53,475 bases of DNA. Origin: Rotaria socialis (lineage: Eukaryota). Where the stretch lies: NCBI GenBank assembly GCA_905331295.1, contig CAJNYD010000011.1:188189-241663 (forward strand). Direction: 5' to 3'. The translations under genes and the position numbers were made by a program. The notes beneath the pieces were generated by a model, which made no database searches, had not been told where the DNA came from, and worked only from the letters and a program-made list of their open reading frames with translations. Of this stretch, positions 24,281-36,691 are shown in pieces; within the stretch, counting starts at the first letter, position 1, and each line of letters begins with the position of its first letter.

Positions 24281-26470
24281 ATGTATGTAAATGAATATCT
24301 ATTCGACAAAAACAATGTTTCTATATTTATTGTCTATTCTGCAATTATTAGGCCAGCTGGTCCTGACATTCTATTAACATCAGCATCAACTACACCGTTT
24401 CGTATTCAAAATTATCGTACACTAGCTTATGTTGTTATAACACTTGTTTATCTTGTTATCGGTGCAGCTATATTTGATAGATTAGAATCAACACAAGAAG
24501 CTATTCGTCATGCTAATTTAACAGCACGTATTGCTGCATTTCAACAGCAACATAATATGAGTGATGGTGACTTTATAAATTTAACTCGAACTGTTGAATT
24601 ACGTTTGCAGTATCGTAAAAAACAGTGGAAATTTATTGGTTCATTCTATTATGCCACAGTTGTTCTTGCTTTGATCGGCTATGGACATGCTATACCACAT
24701 ACGAAAGCTGGACGCGCTGTTACAATAGCCTATGCATTAATAGGTATACCAATGTGGCTTATCATGATTCAAAGTGTTGGTGAACGACTAAATTCATTGA
24801 TAAGATTCGTTGTAAAACGTATTAAGAGACGTATTAAACGTAAACGAGAGCCACAAGTAACAGCGATGGAACTATTAACATGTGAAGCATTGTTAATTCT
24901 ATTAACACTTGTAGCAGGATCTTATGTATTTCATCGATATGAGAGTTGGCGATATTTTGATGCATTTTATTATTGTGTATTGACATTGTGAGTATTAACA
25001 AATTGTTTTTTTTAAATTAATCTTAATTACTGAAGTAGTAAAAGTGAAAATTTATCAATACTAAATGTTTATGTCAATTTTCGAAAAATGTTTTCTCATT
25101 CTTTCTTCACCAAAATTGAATAGGACAGTTAGAGTTGTAGATTTGTTCTATAGACTTTAGAACTAATCAATGCGAGAAATAATTATAAGGAAAAAAAGAA
25201 TGGGAAAATTTGTCAATGACATCTATTAATCTCTATAATTTTGCTGTAAACGTCAAAAATAAATATAGAATGTCTGCTATTGTTCGGAAGAATAAATACG
25301 CATACTGAAACACTATACGAAGTTGCCGAGTATCTACTTGAATAGTTAGATAGATATCTTCCTTGGAAGAAATACTGAAACAGAGTGTTCGTAGGGTCCA
25401 CCATTGAAACGTTTCGTATGAGTCAAAGAGTAGTTTTATGTCATAGTTTGCTTATAGATGATTAGAAACAAACGGCTTCATTCCACAGTAATCGATACCG
25501 AGTTTGGAATGCATCATTGTGATTATGTATCTCACAACACGCACCCTCATGTCAGTTGTTCTTATTGACATATTCTCTCTTTCGCGTAAAACTGTCAGTT
25601 TGGTATCAAACCACGTAGTGTACACTAATCATTTTGCATTTGGTCAATATTTTAATTCATCTTTGGTAAAATGTTAAACTATGAACATTTTTGAATAGTA
25701 ACAAAAAAAAAACATAGTATCTGATTTCTTGTCAAGGTTACATGAAAAATAAAATACTTGAATGCATCTATTAACTTTTGTTTTTTTTCTCTCTCATTTT
25801 AGAACAACAATTGGTATGTAAACAATTGATGTATTTGTTTTTTTACTTGAGAAAGAATTTGCTTTCTTTTCCATCGATAGGTTTCGGAGATTTAGTTCCT
25901 ATGCAAAAAGAAGATTATGGACGTATTGGTTGGTTGTATATATTATTTTGTATTATGTTTATTTTAACTGGTTTAACAGTAGTTGCTTCCAGTGGTAACT
26001 TGCTTATTTTACGTTTTGTTGAAACAAACAGCAAGCGTTCACAACATGAACGTTATGAAATGGAAGAACGTCGCCGTCAACAAGTCCGTATTGTTGGTGA
26101 TGTGATATCATCGAATGGTCGTCTTGTTACATTAGAAGATGATGAAGATACGCCGTCATTAATTGGACCTGGTGATGCACAACGTATAACGATGGGTCAT
26201 AGTACAAGTGATTTATCACTGTGTTCATGTCGTGCTCAACCATCATTCTCATCATGTATACCAATAGCATGGAAAACAAAATTTAAGCGTAAACATCAAA
26301 ATCTATTACAACAAAAAGCAGGCTTACTGCAACCACAAATGATTGTTGTACAATCGTTAAGAGAACAAATTCTTGATTCATTAAGAGGAAAAACTGAAAT
26401 CGATGAGAATATGGCTTTACAACGATCGTACCTTCAGCTTGATAAAATTCTAAAAAGAAGTTCTATATAA
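24281..26470 (+). CDS. Two-pore-domain K+ channel, TASK (KCNK3/9)-like; exons 24281-24282, 24352-24987, 25803-25813, 25881-26470
   Basis: QNYRTL..YLVIGAAIFDRLES, QWKFIGSFYYA, P1 ALIGYG, QSVGERLN, P2 LTTIGFGDLVP (completed by an 11-nt microexon) and ASSGNLLILRF. Confidence 0.92.
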
Positions 26471-28428
26471 AATTCTTATTTTTATGGATGTGTGCGTGTG
26501 TGTGTGTGTGTGTTATTTAAATTAAAGAGTAAATTATCATTCCGATATAAGTTTGTATGATATTCTTGTGGTAACTTTATTTTTTATTATCTATTATTTC
26601 TTCAACAACATTAAGAGAGGCAAAAAAATATAACAATTTCAACTCAATTTTAGATATTTTCAATAGTTATTTCATATATGTTTAAAATAAATGCAAGTTA
26701 TGATTAAATACTGATACCTATTTGAATCACCTTTTTTTTGAATGAGTTAAAATAAATTTTTGGAACACTTGCTAGTTCAGAAAATTTTCAAAAGAACTAG
26801 TATAAATTTTCTTATATATTCAAATTTTCAAAAGGAAATAGTGGTTTACTATAAACTAGTAACGTGATTAAGTCTACTGAAATATTGAATATATGATGAA
26901 AAACACTTTGATTTAAAAAAAAAAGCTTTCAAGGGTATCTAATGCCTATGAAACGTCGCTATAGGCTAAATACTAGTTCAGAACTGAATATTCTGAGTTC
27001 TCTGAAAATAGAAATGCATCAGTTCTAAAAGAATTCCATACAAAAATCGACGAATTAGTTAGCATTAATCGAGAATTCAGCGATTCCAACCGATTCGGAT
27101 CTGTCTTTGTTCTTATTTATTACAATCAAATCAACTACAATAAAGAGAATCAATCTAACCGAGTTAAGCCTAAGCGTGTACCTCAATCGTATTGAAAATT
27201 TCAGATTTCATGCAATAAACAAAAGTCTACGGAGAGAAAAGTCATTAAAATGGATGTAGAGTTGTTCATGACATCGAATCCAGTTTGTTTTTGAATGAGG
27301 CCTAAATATAGCTATCATGTAAATAAAGTCGAATGACGCCTGACAGTAAGGTATGTTCTCTAGTTAGTATACTAAGTGTGTAGGAGAAAAGTCACATAGT
27401 ATTAATTTATGATTGATAGATTAGAAGCAAAAAACAGTAGCATGACAAAGATTAGCCAGGGTCACAATTTGATATCATTATTTAAATATAGTTTAATTTT
27501 GTTGTCTTCACAGGAGGAAGATAGATTAAAAACATGGAAGATTATTATCATATAGTTTTTCATATTGTTAATGAATGTTTCTATATGGTAATTAAAATTT
27601 ATAAAATCTATTCATGAATAAATGACTAAAATGCTATTTTCAAAATGATTAAATATGAATGCATGAATGATGTATTACTTCTATTGTCTGTTTCATGTTG
27701 AAATTAGTTTCTTTAATATTAATGATTAAAGTTATTTTCCTGTAAAAGTGTGCATATTTTATCACCAAAAAGTCTCTCTATATTTAACTTTGCACTCTTC
27801 GCCATGGCACCTTAATATTATTAAATTCTTGCAACATAACTTTTAACTTCTGTCAATAAAATTCCCTTGAGTCAACACAGTGTATAGTCATTCTGAAGTT
27901 ACTCTTATTTTAATAGCACTAAATAGATAGATAGATAAACATTTCAGAGAAGGATCTTTTCTATAAAAATATTAATACTAAATAGAAGTTTGATAAAAAA
28001 TAAATAAATTTAATTATATATTTCTACATAATTTCAGGTGTAAATTAAATGTCTTAATGCTGTTTTTTTTTCTACTAATTTAAATACAATAACAAATTTC
28101 GAATTGTTATTTGATTCACGAATCAAGTTATTACTTCAGTCAACATATTCATAGTTCGTTTAATTTTCATTCGACTTTTATTAAATATACCCATCAAAAC
28201 TTATAATGTAGAAGATAGATGCGAACAGTTGAACAAAACAAAAAAGAAAGAATAATAAATAATATACATATGTTCTTTTAACGTTTAACATAGAATGGAC
28301 GGAGCTCTATTTGATAAACGAAGCCATTTGTTAAAATTACACATCCTTTTACTACTGTATATTCACTGTGTGTATAAAGTAATAATTGCACTCGGAAAAT
28401 AACATCATGATACATCTTGTGAAATTGA

Positions 28429-30184
28429 TTAACAATAAGTTCTAGCTGTGGGTGATGATTCTTTTTGATTTTCGTTTTGTATTAAATTGTCAAAGCCAAT
28501 CAAGGAATTTCTCATCATTTGTGTTAACTCTTCAAAATCAGTACTACTGGTTGTTGTTGTTGTTGTTGTTGTCGTTGCTGTATTATTTTCTGTTCCACTA
28601 CCTGATGATGAAAAATCTTCTTCAACACCTTCGTCTTCATTTGATGGCCGTCGTCGAGAATTAAATTGATCCTTTATCCATCGATCATCATAATATTTAC
28701 TTATTTCAATCATTTCACAGCGTTTTGATGGTTCAGGATCTAAACAAGCAAAAATCAAAAACATATTTTATTTCTTTTTCTTTTTAATTATTTACCAAGC
28801 ATCTTTCGAAATAATCTCATTAATCTATTACTAAATCTATACCATTGAGATGGTAATTTAAAACGACGTTGTATTTGATGATGCCGATGCCATTGTGTAT
28901 ATTCATTAAAATATACATCTGATTCTTGAGCATGTTCCCAAGGAAAATTACCTGAAAGAAAATTTTCTTTCCCCTTATAATAAAGAAAAACAGCAACAGA
29001 GCCATTCATTATTTTTCATACCTGTCAAACTACAAAATAGCAAAACGCCAAATGCCCAAACATCCATAGTTGTTGAAACAAGAATATCATTATTGACAGC
29101 ATTACAAACTTCAGGCGGCGAGTAAGGTATACTACCAATTAGCCGTCTGACGTATGAACCACATTTTCTTGTCATACCAAAATCAATTAATTTAACTCGG
29201 TGAAAAGCAGCATCGAAGATCATGACGTTTTCTGGTTTTACGTCTCGATGAACCTATTTGAACAAGAGAGAAAATGTTCAATATTGAATTTAAGATATTT
29301 AATGCTGACTATTAGAACGTTAATAAATATTTAATGTTTGATTAATAAGAAAAAAAAAGCTATTCTAAGCTAGACGATCAAAGTCTGCTTTCATATTTAC
29401 TTGTGTTCTTTTGCTCGTTTAATAAGTGCAGTGCTGGAAATTCGTGAAAATAATATTTTATAAATATTCTCTGCTCAATTCGATTATCAACTAAATAAAT
29501 ATGATGGTAAACAATAAAAACTTCGTTAATGTATTACGCATTTAAGATTATATATAAATCTATTTATAAATAAAGCGATACCAAGGGCAAAGAATTTATA
29601 CTAGCGTAAATAAAAGTTTTATTTAATGATTTTGTAGAGAATTTTCTCGATTACCTCGTTTTCTTTTTTGTAGCTATTCAGTATAATTCATATCAAGAAA
29701 TTTTTCAAGAAAAATAAAATTCTGTAGAACTCGATAGATTTGTTTTCTCATTAGATAAAGAAGATAACAGACATACCAGTCCATTATCATGCATAAATTG
29801 CAATGCTGATGCTACTTGTTTGATAATGATTTTAACAGCTCGTTCCGGTAGACCACGTTGTGGCGGAATTGATTCGAATAAATCACCCAATGGTGCATAT
29901 TCTTGTACAAGAACATATGCATCTGGTGTTTGAAAACAACGATCTTCATATGTAGTTATTATTGAACGGTGTGTTGATAGCAACAATGAATAATGATATT
30001 CACGTTGAAAATCACGATGTTTCGTTGTTGATTTTTGTAAAATTTTCAATGCACATCGTTGTTGTTGATCGCGATCTAATGCAAGCATAACACGACCATA
30101 CGTACCAGAACCAAGTTCACGTATGGTACGAAAACGGTCATTGGAATCGGATATTGCTTGTAGAGATTCATCGTTGGATTCCAT
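28429..30184 (-). CDS. SBK1: SBK1-like Ser/Thr kinase; exons 30184-29777, 29253-29022, 28951-28796, 28739-28429
   Basis: [30 protein letters not shown] (SBK-type), [22 protein letters not shown] and GNFPW. Joins are in frame. Confidence 0.9.
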
Positions 30185-30981
30185 AAGTTGGAGTTCGGTT
30201 TATTTTCGTTAGTGTTTAACACTGATTGTTCGAAACAAATCAATTTAGTCTAGAATAAAGAAACGCAATAGAAAGTTATTTCAATCATCATCTGAATTGT
30301 TTTCTCATACAAAAAAATTAATTCATCAAAAAAAGATTTATCAATTAGGTAATCTGACGAAATAGATGTGTGAATGAATATATGCTTGTATTTCTATATT
30401 AGGAAAACAACTTTTCAACTGTCAGTATGTCAACAATCTATTGCTCATGATTTAAAGTAATCATAGATTTGCAAGTGCAATCATTGACACGCACATTGGA
30501 AACATATTTAGAAAAAAGACGTTACGTCGAAAGCAAGAAAAAGAACTACCAGTAACAATTGTGTGTCAGATCCTTGCAAGATTATGCTCAGAAATAATAA
30601 AAGAATTGATCTGATAAAAAAAATGAAAAAATAACACAAAAGCAAACCTACTCTCTGCCTTTTTACAATAATTATGAGTATTATATTATTTATTAGAAGG
30701 AACTTAACTATCCGACAGAATGAATAATAAATAGTTTATCACCAAACTGGCTTTGAAGATACCCACAGGAAAACAAAATAAGCGGAAAAAAATATTTCCA
30801 CGACACGCTTTCTCTCTTTCATTCTACTTTTTATAGTATTGGCACGACTGTTTGGAAAGTTAAAATAAAAATATTTCGCTTTCTCGTTTGCCTCGTTTAA
30901 TTTCAAATAGAAAGCAAATATATTTTTGAATCTTATGCAGGATCAGTGGATAAGTCTAAAAAAGCCTTGAAATTTATAATC

Positions 30982-30985
<4 letters not shown>

Positions 30986-31018
<33 letters not shown>
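30986..31018. repeat. (CT)n microsatellite
   Basis: Visible tandem run. Confidence 0.9.
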
Positions 31019-31020
<2 letters not shown>

Positions 31021-32672
31021 ATTCCTATTTAAAGTATAATCAACTAAAGTGTTTTATTAATGCAACTAATTATTTCACATACATAAAATTAATACATCCA
31101 TTGACATTCTATTAAAAACAGCTTAATCAATATAAATCTCGGATATCTATTCTAAAATTATAGTCATTTAACTAACTATGCACTTGTTGTGAATAAAATG
31201 ATTTATGAAATGTTCATATATGAGGGACTGAGAGTGTGTGACAGCGATAGAAACAAGAAAAGAGAGAGAAAAAAGAGAATTAATGATAGTTTTCCGCTTT
31301 TTCTTCTTCTCATCTGGTCATCTGGTCTTCATCCTCTACTAGTTCTGTCGTAGGCGTATAGTAGTTATATCACACTCACGTACATGCACAAACATATGCT
31401 CGGCAATTATTTATTCTTGTTGCTTGCGCATTTCTTTTCTAACGCACTCACTTGTCTTTGCTGTTACTATTAATACAACTAATTTTCTCATATTTCCAGT
31501 CTCGTTTGTTTTCTATGCATACTTTCGGCTTACATTTCTCAATTTTTATAGAAAACAGACGTCATCATTGTATAACTAAAAAAGTCCTAGGGTGTTTGTT
31601 ATTCAAACAAAAACAAAATACTACTTAACAAAAAGATTCGTACTTGCACAACTAAATAGTATGAAAAAAAAAAGAGAAGATCATACACGTTCCATAAGAA
31701 AAAATGAATCATTTTTCTTTCTATTTGAAACCACCGATTTTTTTTAATATACAGAGTGATACGAGCCGTAGAACATATGTTACAAATATCAGGGAAACAA
31801 AAGATATATTATTATCTTTTTTCTCTATCGTATGAATCAATGAAATGTCCTTTTTGTTCCTTTTTAAAACTAATGAATATAAAGGTCATTTTTATCGATA
31901 TTAATGGAATGTTTCATGAGAATAATAAACTACGTTTTCAGGAAAAACAATATAGTCAAAATTTGACAAAGAATAGTAATCCTGATGAAGTAATCATTCA
32001 GGAAAATACTTCAATGTCGGATATCAAAAGGTCATTATTTTTCTTTTTCTTTTTGCATTTTATTTCAAAGCACAGATTGTATTCAGTTTTTGCTTAGATA
32101 CCAATGAATCATTGTGTAACTAGTGGCACCAGTATATAGAAATTTATTTCACAATACTTTCTCTAATAGAATTTTATAGAATTAAATAGATTTTAAATGA
32201 TTTTCATATGAAGAAAACTGTATTTAATAGGTAGCTAATAAAACATGTTAAACTAATCGAAACGACTTACCCATGGAGTTATAACAGGCAGCTATGCAAT
32301 AAATATACCAAGTAGAATTTGCGTAGTATGAAATGGATATGATTGTGTCATAATATAAAAGACAGAAAAACGAGAGCATGACTACGTCATTAACGTAAGA
32401 CACCATAGAGTTGTGCTGAATGCTCTATTGCATCTTCTCTTGAACGAAAATAACGAGTAAATTTAAAGGATGTTAATCTCTTAAAATATTCGCTTAGTCA
32501 TGATTGGTCACAGTGCAGCTGAGAAAATGAATAAGAACTTCTTTAATGGAATGTAATGAAAAGAAAGTATTTTAGATAGAAATCAGAATAAAAACTGATC
32601 AAAAACCCGATTAAATCTTTTGCAATATAGACTTATAAGAATGTAATACATTTATCAAGACCGTTACACAAC

Positions 32673-32745
32673 GCCCGGGTAGCTCAGTCGGTAGAGCGTG
32701 TGGCTTTTAACCACAATGTCCAGGGTTCGAGCCCCTGCTCGGGCG
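32673..32745 (+). tRNA. trnK-UUU: tRNA-Lys (anticodon TTT)
   Basis: GCCCGGG..CTCGGGC acceptor stem, TAGCTCAGTCGGTAGAGC D arm, TGTGG-CTTTTAA-CCACA anticodon arm, GGTTCGAGCC T loop, and a downstream T run (Pol III terminator). Confidence 0.96.
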
Positions 32746-35700
32746 TGATATATTTTTTTTTATTATACTTAACCAGTGTTTCACTAATATGATAAAGGTT
32801 GAAAATAATTATTTGATTATTAAAATTCTCTTAAGTAATTAAAAAAATCCAAAAAACTTTCAGTAGAATCAAATGAAGCTCGCATAAAACGGTTAGTAAA
32901 GTATGCCACTTGTAACTGCAATGCTCAACGTTCAGATGTTTGTACCCATATTGTTCTACTTTGTAAGATAGAAATTTTGGAAAAAATTAATTATTTAGTT
33001 TTACTTTTTTTTATATCAAGTAAAAGGAATGAAAAATCCTACTTGCGTATGCTCTTGAAGAAGTATTTTGCATGAGGAAGAAAGCGAAAGAATAAATGAC
33101 ATGAGATTTCTGCTTTTTTTTTGTCAGAAAGTATTTGAGAATAAAACTGAATGAATTCGACGTCGGACGGATTCTCGTCATACATAGAGGATGTGCTCAT
33201 GATTGAGTCAGCGATAAATATGCCTATCCGCTTATGTCTGTAGATAGAAGAAGGTTAAGATAGAAACACAGGACGAGCAAAGGCAAATAAAAGACATGCT
33301 GCTTAATGTGTTCAACGTAGATGTTCGACAAGGAACGAAAGATAATAGAGAGAAATGTGTCAAACCTTGAATGCACAGAGCATATGTGCTCTGTCAGTAA
33401 TACTCGATTGCCATCATCTCTATTATAACATTTTGTGTCTTCTTCTCGTAGGTTTCTATTCATACTCATGGTCATTATTCTCAAATAGTAATATAAAAGA
33501 GTAAATGAACCGACTTTGAACTTTGATTTTCTAATGAACGAACTCTTTTCTTCTTCTTCTTCTTGTATCATCTCAACAGAGAAAAATAATGCCGATGAAA
33601 ATGTCTTATTTAACTCTATGTCATTTACATACATGAAAAGAAATAAAAAAAAAAGAGGCGATCTAGTTTTGAATAAGATAAAAGTTTGACGTCACATTCT
33701 TCTATAATTAGAAATATTCCAATGAGCTATTGCGCATGGAATTTAAAAAACTGATGAAGTCTAAGAAAAAAAATGAGGCAACATCATTGAAACGCAATGC
33801 TTACTTACTACGAAATATACGACTGATGAATAGAGTAGAAAAGTTGAGAGTCTATCTTTTGATGTTTACTTTTTCTCATTCGACACAAACGATTATGTTC
33901 TGAACGAATGTAATCGCAAATAGCGATGATTATAGTCGTTTCACCGTTATATTCGTTTTGAATTAATTTGTTGTCTAACGGATTTCGGCTTGAACTAGCG
34001 ATGACACGACATGAGTCTTCAATGATTAGACAACATCCGATTGAAATAGAACTAAAAGCAAAATTTGATCACATATTCTCTCGGTGAGTTTTCTTGCTCT
34101 TAAAAAAAAAGAAAAAAAAAATTTTTTTTTCAACAATAAAATAAAAAACAACACGACGCGCTAAAAAGGAGATTCGCATAAGTGCTCATAATTTATGTTC
34201 ATGTCATACATGAATTTTAATAAAGAACTATGCTTTTGGTATTCGAGAAAAAATCTCTCTGTTTGTGCTGTGCGGACAAGATAATAATTAAAAATGATTA
34301 ATTATATGAAAGTCGGAAGTCAAATGCGATTACAAAACAGAATGACATGTTATATTTGCTATGCTTTATTTTGAATTACACATGATCTACTGCACAGTTC
34401 TTAACATAAAATATATCTTCGTCTATATTTGTTGTTTTTCTCTTTTCATATTCATATAGTAAATTTCATTTGATAAAACATATTATCTCTTACTATAAAT
34501 ATGTTTATAGATGCACGTTAACTTAGTCAAATTGTCTATTGACAAAGATTTTATTTCATTAATTAATATTGATTTAATTAAATGGATTACAATTGCGCAC
34601 ATCAGATTGTCTCTGAAAAATGTAGATGATTTACATAACACAAACTATATAACTGACCTACTGCAACGAATGGACTGAATCGGGAAGAGAACGAACAAAC
34701 AAAGTCATCGACAGACGATCACACAATCATGTTCATATTATCTTGTTCTTCTATACGCTAAGTATTGTATTACGTTGAAATGATGACGTGCAATATTTGA
34801 CCATTATATCTCTATATTTATTACCATGAGTAAATAAATAAACAAGCTTTGATAAATAAGAATCAGCAGCATGAATATTAAAATTTTAGCATGGATCGTG
34901 TCAAAGCTCTCTAGACCATGCCAGATATTCCTTGGAAAATATTGAACCTGATGCACTCAAATCTATGCTCATCTACAAGTATTTATTATAAGCTAATTGT
35001 ACATGTCAATAACTATAAAGTGAGATTAATTAATATGACATTTTATATTACTTGAAAAGACTCGAGTAAAATTAGGAGTTCAAATAGTTGGAACGTTACA
35101 AGGCATCCTCTCTCATTTTATTATCGTCAAGCTGAGTAGTTGGTTTTGCAAATCATTGTCTTAAACGAGAAAAATTGCTTTTAGTCAAAAAAGCGAAAGA
35201 TAATGGAGAATACAAGAAAAAAATATGCTTTTAGTTTTTTTTTCTTACTGATCTCTTTACTTTATTGTTTCTAAATTATTATGAATTTTAAAAATAGAAT
35301 ATCAAGTAATTACGATTACCAACTCATATTATTTTAATCTAATATTTAGACAGTACAGTTATGGAGAGATACTTTTTCAATAAGAAGCCAGTCAATGGAA
35401 ATATTTCTTTTTGATGAATCATTCTATGAAATAAGAACTACTGTTAGTGATTTAAAAAAAAAGTATAATGAGATTGTCAGGTGCGCAAAACTAAGCATAT
35501 TCGGTTCGGTGACATGTTCTACATGTTCGTGTGTTCGAATTGATGAAAAAGACTAAAGAAATGACTGAAATAAATGCATAATAAACATGTTAAGGTTGTA
35601 GTTATTTATTCACATGAAATTCAATTCATTAGAAATTTGAATATTTTTCCTATTTTCAATATTTTTTACTAATTAAATACGCTACTGTAAAGATTAAATT

Positions 35701-35944
35701 TAGTCCTGCAATGTTTTACTTTTGCATATTTTAATAAAATATTAAAATGAAAATTTACCGTTACGAAATTGAATTTCTTCAGATTGACGTAAAATTCAGT
35801 AAGTGTTCTATTATTTTCGTTTCTATTTTTCATGGCGAACTGAAGATTGCATTACATGCATACTTATATTACTTGAATGAATGCATGAATAAAAAGCTCT
35901 ATTTCATCAGTCATTCGTTTCTCGTTACTGACAAGAAAAGATTC

Positions 35945-36388
35945 ATGCTGACATTATTGCTCATAGTTAGCGCTCTCACTATTGCTACTATTCAAGGAGA
36001 ATCGATAACATCGTTTGAAGCTGGAACAGGATTTAGTTCATGTGTAGGATATTGTTATCAATCTGTTTATATTAATGCATCGATGGTTATAACTGGAAAA
36101 TCAAGTAAAACTAATCTTACTGATTATCCTGAAATTCATGAAGCCTATCCATTTGCATCATCACAATTTAATGAACTTGTTGAACTTGTTGGAAGTATTC
36201 AAAGATGGAAAAAAGTTGATACACCAATAGGTTGCCCAGATTGTTATAATCAAGGTGCAGAATGGATATATATTGATACCGAGGACCAATCCATATATGG
36301 CGTTCAATTCGAAGCTAACTCAACAATAGTTGGTTTCGAAACATTGGTTGAGAGCCTTCGAGCTCTTCGTCAAACTTTTATTCATTAA
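35945..36388 (+). CDS. Intronless secreted 147-aa protein with bacterial-type CxGYC / GCPDC motifs
   Basis: Signal peptide MLTLLLIVSALTIATIQG, motifs GTGFSSCVGYC and IGCPDCYNQGAEWIYI, single exon. Confidence 0.8.
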   Translation: MLTLLLIVSALTIATIQGESITSFEAGTGFSSCVGYCYQSVYINASMVITGKSSKTNLTDYPEIHEAYPFASSQFNELVELVGSIQRWKKVDTPIGCPDCYNQGAEWIYIDTEDQSIYGVQFEANSTIVGFETLVESLRALRQTFIH

Positions 36389-36691
36389 ATATTGTATTCA
36401 TTTGATTTTATATTGATTCATCATCTGTGAATCTTTTTACCTAATATAAAATCTCGTCTTTTGAGTACGATATGGTTAAAAATAAAATATAAATATATAT
36501 ATATATTGTTTTTCTTTTTTCTTGAACAATTCTATCATGGAGAAATATCTAAAATACAGTTTGTAGTTATTTTTTTCAAAATATTTATTTTTTCTCAAAA
36601 GCAATCATAGGCAAATCAAATCAATCGCAGGCACGCTTAACTAAATATTTTTCTTCGAAATAGTAAATTTAATGTATGTACGCCTATGTAA

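Noticed and set aside
31756..33634. 113-aa and 136-aa ORFs
   Set aside because: No recognisable motifs or exon chain; consistent with chance ORFs in AT-rich DNA.
31982..33870. CTGATGA motifs as hammerhead ribozyme cores
   Set aside because: I could not build stem II plus GAAA and the closing stems around any of them.
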